A stretch of DNA of 64,000 nt from Chrysomallon squamiferum. Taxonomy: Eukaryota > Animalia > Mollusca. Every line of letters begins with the position of its first letter. The first letter of the stretch is position 1. The notes beneath the pieces were generated by a model. That model ran no database searches and was not told the DNA's origin. It saw only the letters and a program-made list of their open reading frames with translations. Both the position numbers and the translations under genes were made by a program. The DNA is taken from the NCBI GenBank assembly GCA_012295275.1, contig CM022678.1, positions 18,662,001 to 18,726,000 of the forward strand. The letters run 5' to 3'. Below, in pieces: positions 50,796 through 64,000 of the stretch.

Positions 50796-52154
50796 AGTGT
50801 TACTGTATTGGTTTAAATATAAACATTATTTAACGAAAGATGGTTTTTCTTTTCCTTTCTTTTTCTTTTTTTTTTCTAGATTAGGTGGAGGTTCGTTGTT
50901 TTTTCTCTGGCTTCTTATTAAATTCTAAATTAAGAAATGGAAGCATTGTTTTAAATAAAAAGACTATATTCAGAAAAGCGACAGAAAAGAAAATAATTTT
51001 TATATGTTGGATGGCCTTGTGCCTTGGCAGAAACAACTTAGAGGTTCTTCAAGAAATGTGATGGGAAATTAGTGCTAAGAAAATAACAGCTCTGTTATTT
51101 CCGAAGAAAACTGGCAACATACAACACGATCTCATCGGTTCGAAAATTTTAAATAGACATCATACAACTAAGATAATTCTTTTAGAAATTAAAGAAAGAA
51201 AACATTTTGTTACTTTACTTTTAACTCTAAGCTACTCGATTTGTAAACGGCGTATGACATAACAGAAACAAACAAACTTTTTTTTTTTTTTAGTTAATTT
51301 TAAATACACGCCAAACAGCTACTACAATTATAAAGAAAGCAAAAAAAAAAAAATTAACAAATTAAAATTAGAAAACCAAAAAATTTCGTTTCATATTTCC
51401 ACGGAGTACTCAGCACCAATACCAACAACAAAACGACATTTCTAAATCAAACAAAACCTAGAATTGAAATATGTTCTGTTTATTTAAACTGTTTTTATTT
51501 AACGAGGTACACGTGGATGTTATGGGTTTTGGGACTGAAGTCAAACGAGCGTCCAGAATAATTTGCGAGCCAATTTACTTGAATGGAGAAGAGAGACAGA
51601 GAGACTTTTCGCTATCTGGGAAAAAGGTTTCGCTTTCCGGTACTCTCATCACGATCTGCCGTTCTTGTTTGCGTGGGGATTAATTCCCTGATTGGGATTA
51701 AGTCCAACATTAACACTGTCTCGCTTAAAACAATTCGTCCAGAAGAAATAAGAGTTTAGTACAGTTCAATTCGGTTCAGTTCAGTCTGGAATTTTCTAGA
51801 TTGCAAAAAAAAAGGTCGTACGATGAAAAGATCAAACGTGTGGTTTTGAATGATTCATTCACGTTCGGAAGTGTAACCCATAATTTCTTCACAAATGGGT
51901 TAGTTTTATAAAATGATTAGTTATAATCTGTTCCGGCAATGTTGACAATTAAGAACTTTCCAATGGTGTCATGTTTCTGGGTTTGGTGTTGTAGTTAATT
52001 GTACAGCGATAGCTTGACGGTGTCGGGCTAAATACCCGTTCTCTACGATGTGTCTTTTGCGCAATTTCCCATTCTAGGCAATAATCAACGAGTCTTTTTA
52101 TTACATCATCTTTACAGTTTACTAAAACATGTATGTAAGAAAGTAGATCAGGAA

Positions 52155-52287
<133 letters not shown>

Positions 52288-53095
52288 AATAATTTTCACC
52301 TTGATTCTGTTTTCTTTGTATATTACTAATTATTTTAAGTATTTGATTGATTATTTACTTGTATTATTTCTGTTCTCCATTTGTATATTTTTCTTCTTTC
52401 TTTTTATTTGTATATGTTTGAGAATTTATGTATGAGTGAATGTATATGTTTATTAGTACATATGCCAATATATATATATATCTGCGTGTGCATGTGTGCG
52501 TGTGTGTATATGTGTGTATATTTGCATATGCATGAGTTTCTCTATATTAAACTTACTGGACCATCTTTTACAATAACAATGTCTATACGTGCTTCACTTT
52601 GCCATGTTCTGACTTCTATCTAAACTCTTTTCTGTCAACAAAGACCTATCAGTACAAGATATATATAACCTGCTAATAATAAACAGAAAGAAAAAAAACA
52701 ACAACATGTAAATGGAAAAGAAGATAAAAAAAAAAAAGAAGTTTGTATCCTGTTTAAGAAAAACGTTGAGAAAATACGTAAAACTCTCAGAACGTTTGAA
52801 AACAGTCAAACAAAGCCGAGAGACCTGCTTTCTGTGCAGGAAGAGGAGAGTCCATCGTGGCAGCCAAACTTGAGGTCGTTACTGACGTCGTGTATATCTT
52901 CTACATTCCTCGCGTTCACCTTTCGTGGCCGACGTAGCAGCTGAAAAAGACGTCGTGTCGTCTACTGGATACCTTAATCCACCAACACAACGGAATGCCA
53001 GACGACATTTTTTTTTTTCTCCAAAAATGTTGAACGGTTGACCGTGGCAGATAAATGTAGAACCTTGATCTTCTGATATAAACAGACCTCTCAAA

Positions 53096-53149
<54 letters not shown>

Positions 53150-54011
53150 CTCTCTCTCTCTCTGCTGTGGACACTGAAACACGTGGTAAGTTTAGAAGTA
53201 CGCTGGTACGCAGCCATGAATGTTCAGAGTTTGCTGAGGAACAATAACCGATTCTAAACACAGGAAAATTCTGGAAATGATTTCCTTGGAGTTTGTTGTA
53301 TAATCTCGTTGTTGTGTTCAAATAGGTCTCTTTAGGACTTTTTTTTTTTTTCTTTCAGTATATTTTGGTTTTTCATTTTTTTTTTTTTCACTCTGTTTGT
53401 GGGTGTGTTTGTATGTATCACATTGAATTTATAGAACTTCAGAACCGTGTCACTATATACATCCATAATGAACGTGGTCTTGTTGATTGTTAAGAATGTT
53501 CAACAGTCAGTATATTTTAAAAATCCAAAAATAATTATCTCTTATCATTTTTTTTACAGATCGGTTCTATCTTCAGAGATCTAAGTAATAATAAAATTTA
53601 AAATTGCACAAAGGCTTTATAATACACTAACATAAAAAGAGATATGAAGAAAGATGCATGCAATATCACTCAAACGTAGAGTAACATTCAAATAAGACAG
53701 GTAATGTTTTTGTTTGTTTTAAGGTTAAATTTGTAGGAGTTTTCTATCATTATTATTATTATTATTATTATTATTAATATTATTATTATTAATATTGTTG
53801 TTATTGCTGCTGCTGTTTTTGTTTTTGCCTGTTATTGTTGTTATAATGATCATCGTCATCATCATCAACATCATCATAATTATGATCACCATTATTATTT
53901 ACATCATCATCATCATCATCATTGTTATTCTTATTATTAGTGTTGTTCTCGCTGTTGTTGTTGTTTTTCTTCTTCTTCTTCTTCTTCTTCTTCTTCTTCT
54001 TCTTCTTGTTA

Positions 54012-54059
<48 letters not shown>

Positions 54060-54310
54060 TGTTATTATTGTTGTTGTTGTTACTGTTCGCTTCATCAGAT
54101 ATCTTGTTTTAACAGCAGATAGGAAAGTAATTCTCGATGTGATGATTTCAGAATGTTTGTCGATATCCTTGATGACTATTTATTTTTCTTTATAACAAGT
54201 ACGAATAAACACTCTCTGTATTTCGATTTCGGGCACAAAGCACAAAAAGAAATTTCTCCCTTTGACGTAATTCTCTCAGTCTGTCTGTCTATCATCCTAT
54301 CGAGTGTTGG

Positions 54311-54419
<109 letters not shown>

Positions 54420-55202
54420 CACCCCTCACCGAAATCAACGAACCAAATAAACAGATTTTCAGCATTTAAAAATGACTGGATTAAAAACTTAGGATTTTTC
54501 TGACATGAATTCGGTATTCTAACGACAAAACCCGACCTTGAAACTGTTTACCCCGCCCTCGATAGCCCGCACAAAACTGCCGATTTATCCGCTAAATTCA
54601 AGATGGCGGCCCCACAAAAATAGCATGATGGGATACGTCTTGACGAGGAATCTTATGCGGTATGCATTAAGTTGACTGGTCCCAGCTCGCTGCTTTAGAT
54701 GCTAAGCCTTTCAGGTTGTAGCGATCCATCTATCGGTCAACAGTGCACGAAACGGAAATCTTTTCAACAAATTAAACGATTTGGAACCCTGCTGTTGTAT
54801 TCAATGATGAGAAAGGATTTCTTGGCGTTTGGCGAACTGTTTTAAAACAAAACAAAATGATAGAAGGAGAAAAAAAAATGAGAGAAAAAAATTGCAGAAT
54901 CTTACTAAAAATCGAGCGATTAAGAAAATATTTTTAAACAGTGTGTACTGAAAAAAGCAATTATAATAATGTAACTTATTTTTTTTTTTTTTTTAATTTT
55001 TATTTTGCATTTTTTCTTTCTACCTCTGTTTCTCTCTTCCCTTATATGTTTTCTTCCTTTTTTTTATTCCATCTATTTTCTGATCTGCGTCTATCCTTCC
55101 TTATGTCGCTTTCTTTCTATCTCTTTCTTTGTTGTTATTGATACATCTATCTATCTAAATACCATTAATCTGTTTCTCTGTTTAGCTGCCGGCCTATACA
55201 TT

Positions 55203-55318
<116 letters not shown>

Positions 55319-56068
55319 GTGTCTCTAAAATATAAGTGAAGAAATAATTAAAACAAATGATTGAATATAAGGAGAGGTCAACGTAATCTTGTGAAACTGC
55401 GAAACGTCTTGTGTTGTAGAAATTCCGAGATTTGAATATTTTTCATTTTAAATAAAGAAAAGAATTCTTCTGCATTCATTTAATCTGTGTACTGTTGGTG
55501 GAGAAAATCCTCAACCGCAGACGAAAGAATTAGAAAGAAATTTTAAACACAATACCATCTGATTTTAAAAAAAAAAAAAAAAAATAAAAAGAAGAAAAAG
55601 GGGGAAAACATTTTCAAAAAAATAAAAAATAAAATAAAAAGGGAGAAAAAATATAAAGTAAAAGAACAAAGAAAAGAAAAAGGAAAAAACGAACCATTAA
55701 AAGTACAGAAGAAAAAATTAAAAAGGAAAGAATAACCTAAAGATATACTGTTAACTTAAATAGAGCGATTTTATGATAATGATGATGGTAATAAGAATAA
55801 ATATGAAAAAGAAGAAACACAAATATTACTACTACTACAAAAAATACAAATGATGGTATCCTGCAGCAGAAGCATTCGTGATAAAAGGAAGATGATCGTT
55901 ATAATGTCTATTAGTAGAAGTTGTAGTAGTAGTATCAGTCGCAATCAACCAGTAATCGTTGTAGCTGTCGTAGTGATAGTAATAATAATAGTAGTAGTAG
56001 GACTAGAAATAGTAATAGTAGTAGCAGTAGTAATAGTAGTAGTTGTAATAGGAATTGTTGAGTAGTGA

Positions 56069-56113
<45 letters not shown>

Positions 56114-56277
56114 CAGTAGTAGCAGTAGTAGTAGTAGGATAAGTAGTAGTAGTAGTAGTAGTAACAATGGTAGTAGTAGTAGCAGTGATGGGAATGGTAG
56201 TAGTAGTAGTAATAATAAAAATGTTTAGTAGTAGTTGAAGTGGTAGTCGTTGAAGTGGTAGTCGTTGAAGTTGTAGT

Positions 56278-56376
56278 AGTAGTAGCAGCAGCAGTTAACA
56301 ATAGTGACATTAATTCCAAAGTAAACAGTAGTAGCAGCAGCAGTTAACAATAGTGACATTAATTCAAAAGAAAACA
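56278..56376. repeat. ~50-bp direct duplication at the end of a (TAG)n tract
   Basis: agtagcagcagcagttaacaatagtgacattaattc.aaag.aaaca twice in tandem. Confidence 0.8.
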
Positions 56377-56726
56377 ATTAAGAAGTGAAATGTCAAACAT
56401 TTATAATTCGTAATAGTTTGGCAGATAACTGGAACATGTGAGAAATTTTTACAGTGCGTGAAACTGTTCATACAAAACAATACACAGAACTTAAAACAGG
56501 GTAAGGTATGTTAACACTTGTCTGTCATATTCAGCACGCTGCTGTTTATTAGTTATTAAACATCATATTTAGTGCATTTTGTCTAACACACTGATGCATT
56601 GTTTTAGCTTTTTTCTTTTATTATTATTTTTTTTCTTTATTTATTTTATTATTTTTTTGTTTTTATTATTATTTTTTCTTCTTTGGTTTCTTTCCTTCGA
56701 CGTTCTTTTGTAGTCATTGAATGTTC

Positions 56727-56796
<70 letters not shown>

Positions 56797-56904
56797 TTTT
56801 TTTTGTTGTTGTTTGTGGTGGTGGTGTCTGTATATTTATGCATGTTTAAAAGCTTTGTATACGTTATCGTTCTAACAACCATCTCTCATATATTGTTTTT
56901 ACCG

Positions 56905-57002
<98 letters not shown>

Positions 57003-57672
57003 CTTATTTTCTAAATTATGGACTTACATAATATTGTATTTTTAATAACCTTAGATGTTTACAGTGAAAAATAAATATTTTCATATTACTAAAAACAAGT
57101 GTAGACATGTAAGCAAAAATGGTAAAATACTATCTAAATAATAATCAAATAAAAATTAATAATAATAATAATAATTAAAATTAAATTAAAAAATAAATAA
57201 ATAAATAAATAAATAAACCATCATATTAATATAACAATATTATATGATTCCCAGAAGGACGCAGCCGATGTTATCTATTTTGACTTATGCATAGAAGAGT
57301 TCTGTTTAATTTACCGAGTTATCTCCTTTCAAAGGTTGCGTTCGATTGTTAAATTCTAGCTGATGTTAACATTCATTTCGTTTTTCTCAGTTCGGTAAAA
57401 CTTTCACACCGATTTTAAATTCTTCGTGTAAGCCTTTAATCCTCTGCAACTGAGCCTTGAAACGAGAGTTTTCCTTTGTTGTTTTGTCACCTGTTTTTCC
57501 TTTGTTTTTCACTAATACAAATCTTGTCTAACTCGAGCGATCTAGTCAGGTGGTTAGAGTAATAGTAAATAAAAATAATGATAATAAATAAAATGAAATG
57601 ATAATAAATAAAATAAAATGATAATAACAATTTTACAGATTAAACGAGATATACATACAGAAATAAATAAAT

Positions 57673-57745
<73 letters not shown>

Positions 57746-58205
57746 AGGACAAGCATTTTCTTGACTAAATAAATAAATAAGCAAGCCATAAAAGGATAAA
57801 TCATAACCACTGGTAACATCTCAACAATTTAAAGCTGTCATTCGTATATTCACACAAACTGTGATATATGACAGAGAAAGATTTAACAAACTCTGATCTG
57901 TCGGGTTTCAGTTTTTAATTTCACAATGTTGTACTAATCTGCCACCCAACAGTACTACCCGTCACCCAAAATTATTATTTGCCACCAAAAAGCTGCTGTG
58001 TAAGAAAGAAATACAGGTAGTTTTATTAAAATATTCTTTCTTTCTTCGTAACAGATTGTCTGTCATACACATAAACTTTTTTTTATTATTTAATTTGTTT
58101 TACTTTATTATTATTTATTTTATTTTATTTATTTATTTATGTTTTTATTATCATTATTATCCTTCTCAGTGGATTAATACATAATACATATTCATATTTA
58201 TATTT

Positions 58206-58295
<90 letters not shown>

Positions 58296-59130
58296 AAAAG
58301 CGGTTTAGCATTCAAATATGAATACTGTTATCCATCTCTTATTTTTCACTTGTGTAAGACTTATACACGTAATGCCGTTCCTAAAATAAAACATATATCT
58401 ATTTGTCGCTTACTTTAACGCGTTATTTTCAGCGAAGGCCGTCATTTCGTCTACTGTATTGACACAGCAAGGTGTAGTCACCTGACTGAAAGATTGTGGC
58501 ACTGTAACATTAGCTTGACCTTCATCTCTCTCTCTGTCTCGAATTCCGAGAAAACAGATTTCTGGTAAATCTGATCCCTGTATAAAGCTCGAGCAAATAT
58601 GGCGGACTTATGGCGTGTGCTAGACGGATGTCGTAGAACTCAAATCGAGGCTGTGCATGGAATATATCTGAATTTGTTCACGTCGTTGAAATAAAAAAAG
58701 AACAAAAGAAGAATACAGCCTTGCTTTTATCAAGATTTTTTTTTTTTAAATAATTTACAACTGTTTGCCATAGAAAGATCTGTCGATGGTAAATTTCAGG
58801 TCTTATTCTTTGTTATTATTATTATCTTTTTAAGTCGAAATTTTCATTAATGACAGTTTTGGTTACTTAGTTATTTAGCCATCAATTATGTAGTCAGTCA
58901 GTTGGTTAGTTTGAAGTTTAAAGAGAAAAAAGTAAAATACAAAAGAAGAGAAAGAAAAACAGAATAATAATGATAAAGAGAAAAAGAATGAAAAAATGGA
59001 AACAAAACATTACGAAAAAAACAAAACCTTTTACTTTTCTATTACCTTTATCACAAAATGTATTGTATCTCAGATATTTAAATCACATTTTATCATTACA
59101 CAGAGGACAAACAAAAAAGAAGTAAAACAG

Positions 59131-59718
59131 TTATGCAAACTGTAACAACTGTTGTCTTTTTTCGTGCCACTGTTGTAGCGTTTTCAACATCGTTGACGTA
59201 GACCTGTCCAACTTCGTCAACGAACTCGTTTCTCGTCGACTGTGTTCCAGCAGACGACGTTTAAAACAACGACGACGACGTTCAGGGTCAATCACTCGCA
59301 GTTTACGTTCGATTTCCGGTTTCAAAGACGTCATGCAAAAACCGGAATAATAGAACCTCGTTTCTACCGCTAACCGCCTCGGCGAAATTCGTGTTTTTCC
59401 GGCAACGAAATCGTCCCTCAGCGTACGGAATTTGTCGATAGGGTAATCCTCCGAGAGAACTTTGCGAAATGCCTCGATTTCGTGCAGTCGCTTCTTAGTT
59501 CGGTCTATCACTCGGGCGTGGGCGGCGTCTGCCATTCTACAGTTCCTGTCCAAAAGTTTTGTAATTTTTTGAAGCCTCTGAGCTTCACTGTCGTTTCGTC
59601 TCATAGCACGATGTTGCGATGTGGACGTCACCCCCAACATGGCGTCGTAAACGGTTCCTTTACCAGTGGGACAGTTTCCCATGTCTCTTATCAGTTTTCT
59701 GTTTGTTACTTGCGGCAT
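59131..59718 (-). CDS. Uncharacterised basic (Arg/Lys-rich), probably helical protein, ~195 aa, single coding exon
   Basis: Non-repetitive ORF with higher GC than its flanks; acceptor atttcag|AAAATG at 59722/59721 places MPQVTNRKL... as the start; TAA at 59133-59131. No family recognised with confidence. Confidence 0.7.
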   Translation of the reverse strand: MPQVTNRKLIRDMGNCPTGKGTVYDAMLGVTSTSQHRAMRRNDSEAQRLQKITKLLDRNCRMADAAHARVIDRTKKRLHEIEAFRKVLSEDYPIDKFRTLRDDFVAGKTRISPRRLAVETRFYYSGFCMTSLKPEIERKLRVIDPERRRRCFKRRLLEHSRRETSSLTKLDRSTSTMLKTLQQWHEKRQQLLQFA

Positions 59719-61134
59719 TTTCTGAAATGTAATTTCCACTTTTAGTTGCGTCTGTTTGAAAGACTTCAAAATTAATTTATTAAAAATGCTTCTGTACAAT
59801 CTTCTAAAAAACCTAAACAAGTGAAACAGAAAAAACAGTATTAAAGTATAACTACTATTACTCCTACTACTACTACTACAACAATAACCACTATTGCTTC
59901 TAGACTACGTATACTATTACCTTACTAAAACTAAAAAAACATTACTTCTATATGACTACTATTATTTATGTACTATTTCTACGACAGTATCACTACTACC
60001 ATAACTATACCTACTACTACCAGTACTACTACTACTACTACCACACAACTACTACTAAATTATTGTCACTACTACGGCTACACTATTTCTATTACTACAT
60101 TACTGCAACTACTATTACTATTACTACTACTGCAACTACTACCATACTATTGCTACTACTGCTGCTACTGGTACTACTACTACTATTACTAAAACTGCTA
60201 CTATTATTATTACTATTACTATTACTAATAACACTGCTACTAGGATTATCACTTTTACTTATAATGCCACAACCCTTGCTAATGTTACTACTCTGATACT
60301 TTTACAACCACCTGAACCACTGCTGGTGCTGTTACTTTTAGTTGTCGTCATCATCATCATCATCATCGTCATCGTCATCATCATCATTATTATTATCATT
60401 ATCATTATTATCATTATTGTTATTATTATTATTATTATTATCATTATTATTATTATCATCATTATTATTATTATTATTATCATAATTATTATTAGTAGGA
60501 CTACTACTACTATTACTACTATTACTACTACTACTACTACTGTTACTACTACTACTACTATTACTGCTAAGGGTAATCAAGCGAAAATACAGAAAGAAAA
60601 TGAAGACAGCTACTTACGTTCACGTGTTCAAACACACAGTTACAAAATGGTTTCTATCTCCTGGTTTCATACTCAGCTTATTTCTATTTTTTTAATTCGA
60701 ATTAAACATTTCACAGGAGGGGTGGTATCACCAAAACACGTTTCGAAAACGCACACACACACACACACACAGGCACACTTATCCGTTATTTTGAAATGAC
60801 CCCTAGCTAGCAGATTGCAACACAAGTTCTCTAAGCACATTTTCAACCCCCCTCCCCATACACACAACCTCTACTGTCAGTCAGGAAAATAACTTACATT
60901 ATAATCGATATATCTATAAACGTACCTTGCGTATTGTTGACGTTGACAATGCAACTACTGTGCATGTTATCAGCTCCACTGTAGTGGCTGCCGTCACAGG
61001 TTATCGCAGTTTAAACAAAGATTTTATAAATGTCTGATTACTGTGACTAAATAGTTTATTTTTTCATTCGTTTTCATATTATTTATCTGCGTGTATGTGG
61101 TGTTAATGTGTGTGTGTGTATGGGAGAGAGAGAC

Positions 61135-61228
<94 letters not shown>

Positions 61229-61273
61229 CTGGTTGTGTACATGTGTCACTCCGGAAAAGGACGACGGTATTAC

Positions 61274-61361
<88 letters not shown>

Positions 61362-61569
61362 AGTATTTCTATCCTTGGTGACATCAGAAATTAGCTCCTC
61401 AGTAAATAAATAAATAAAAGGAACTTTTTTAATTTTGGTCAAATTTATAATCCGCCGCAAGTTGCGAATTCTTGCAATGTTTTATTTCGGTCGATGCAAA
61501 ACAATCAAAATAAAAAAAATAAAATAATGAGAAGAAATAAGCCCCACCAACAACAGAACATTGACTTAC

Positions 61570-61627
61570 GTATCCAGCGTTGTTGCGTCAAGTGCACGCT
61601 GTTGACGTAGACGTTTCCTGTTGTGTT
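61570..61627 (-). other. Candidate 5' UTR exon of the 59131-59718 gene
   Basis: catctttcag acceptor and AC|GTAAGT donor around 58 nt of higher-GC sequence; a stop in the frame that would join the downstream CDS, so non-coding. Confidence 0.4.
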
Positions 61628-61834
61628 CTGAAAGATGTTTGTCAAATGTGACTTTGCTGATCGTTCGATGTATGCCAATTAAGAAACAACCGATAACTTT
61701 ACAAATACCTCTTTTGCCTTCCTCTCCATCGCACTTTGACGTTTAGTTAATACGTGTCCTGTTTCAAACAAGAAAACAAACGTAACAGGACTCGAAATAC
61801 AGATAGGAAGCGGACTGTATGCTGAATAGAAATC

Positions 61835-61964
<130 letters not shown>

Positions 61965-63364
61965 TTGGTCAAATGGAGATAATTCCAAAACAGTCAATTA
62001 TTTACTTATTTATTTCCTTATTTTCTTCCTTATCTTTTATATATTTCATTTTCCATCATTATGATTGTTGCTGTTTTTTCATTGTCATCATAATCATCGG
62101 CATCGGTTTTCTATTTAACTTCTTTCAAGAGACCGTTTTTTGTATACCATTTATTTAGAACACTGATTATCAAATGCATCTTGCTCGAGTTGTTCGAGTG
62201 ATGATCGACCAAAAACACAGATTCTATTATTTTTCTTTCTTTTTTTATTTTACAAATAGGAAATACATATTTTAAAACCTTAAATCGGAGGTTGTTTCAT
62301 TAGGGTGGGGCAAACCACGTTTTTAAGCCATTACATTCCAAAAGATATTATATTTTCAAAAAAAAAAAAAAAAAATAAAAATAAGGAAACACCAACCTAT
62401 TAAAAAAATAATAAACTCAAAAATAAGCTGAAAAATACACAAAAATCTGCTTCGATATGAGGTTTCTATTTGTATAGCACTTTGAAAAAAAAAAAAAAAA
62501 AAAAACAAATAGTAATAGTAAAATTTTTAAAATTTATTTGCCTATATACGTAGATATAAAAATGTTGTTTGCCATGCGATCATAAACAAATTTGAAGAAT
62601 AATAATGGCATATCTCCTACATATACATAAACAAAGATATGTTTACACACAGACAAAAAGATTTTATTTACATATTGCTTGCGCCAGTCAGATCCGAAAA
62701 TGAATTAGGTATTGTCTTTTTATTTGTTTTTCGAACAGTACACCGTCTGCAAATACGTCACAATTGGCAATAATCGTGTAATTATGAAAACGTTAGTAAA
62801 CACAGAATAAACTGGTTGACGGAAAACCCGCCAAAACTGAGCCTCTCGTCTGTTCCTTCGTCGCCATCAGATATGCAAATGACGTCAATTCGTGAGTTTC
62901 CGCCAAGAGATTCGTGTTTACGATAAATCCCTTTCGTTTAGTGTCTCTCGGTGTCGTCTGCTTTGGCCAGATACCAGATCACGTCCCGGCCAAATTGGAA
63001 TGAAACAATAATATTTACGACTGCGGTATTTAACAAGTTCAAGTCGAATCCACGTTAAGACCGAGTCATCCATTTTGCATTATTGTTATTAACATATATT
63101 TATTCTATTTAGTACTGACGTCATACCGTACGTCATAAAGATGAAAGAGATGTATATTTTTAAATATAACTAACGTAATTAATTGAATACATTATTTTCG
63201 TTTTAACGTCACTGTTTCTACGATTGATACTGCATAGAGAAGTGTGGAATTTTGTACAGAAGAGAAGATTCGAAAATTTACCTCTATGCAGCAGTCCTAT
63301 TTTTTGTCGTTATAATATTTAGAAATTCGCCGATAAATAACAACAACAAGAATAACAACAACAA

Positions 63365-63410
<46 letters not shown>

Positions 63411-63521
63411 GCAAAAATAGTAATAACAACGACAAAAAAAAATAAAAAATAAAAATAAACAAATTTCATATTATCTTACCTACCCATTTTCTTCTTATTC
63501 TTCTTTCCTTTTCTTCTTCTT

Positions 63522-63584
<63 letters not shown>

Positions 63585-64000
63585 TTGGTTTTATTTCAAT
63601 CATTCTTTTTTTAAATTTATTTACTCTCTAACTTACTTACTTATTTATGTATTTATATTTGTTGATTTCTTTTTCAGTTACTTTTAATGATTTTATTTTT
63701 TAATGTTATAATGTTAATATCGTTTTTATAATTATGATGATGATCATTGCATAGTCTTCATCACAGAATCATAACAGTCAATAACGTTACTACTTTCTCT
63801 TTTTTCTTTTCTTTTCTTATTATTATTTATTGTTTTTGTTGTTGTTTTTTTTTCTTCTGTTCGGGTTATTTTCAGAAAACATCAAAGCAGTAAGCGAAAC
63901 GCTTTACAATTGTGTGCGACCGCCATCACTTCCACAGCAGCCCAGCAACAGACAACGTGACCCGAAATCTGGCAGGATTTATCCTTAATCCTAGTCTCAC

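Noticed and set aside
59719-59820. N-terminal 34-aa extension (TTG start) of ORF 59131-59820
   Set aside because: AT-rich and ends in a canonical acceptor atttcag just before an in-frame ATG; interpreted as intron.

Overview
AT-rich, microsatellite-dense animal nuclear DNA with spliceosomal GT-AG introns; a mollusc-like invertebrate is my inference from composition and repeats. Three protein-coding loci are supportable. (1) The last three exons (1-2489, +) of a receptor-guanylyl-cyclase-like gene (kinase-homology domain + class III cyclase domain) whose catalytic residues are largely substituted. (2) A secreted GH18 chitinase with 10 coding exons (7540-28624, -): signal peptide, intact DxxDxDxE motif, an unusual Trp/Lys/Pro-rich ~180-aa linker and a C-terminal CBM14 domain; about 639 aa once two single-G deficits in GGGG runs are corrected. 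A probable TATA promoter and non-coding first exon lie at ~40180-40620. (3) A basic ~195-aa protein of unknown family with one coding exon (59131-59718, -). The most striking structure is that the 94-nt catalytic exon of the chitinase is bracketed by two different tandem arrays that copy its own splice junctions: 16 copies of the 5' splice site in a 93-bp (31-codon) unit and 3 copies of the 3' splice site in a 79-bp unit. The rest is tRNA-derived SINE copies, old minisatellites and simple repeats; most ORFs in the supplied track are microsatellite artefacts.
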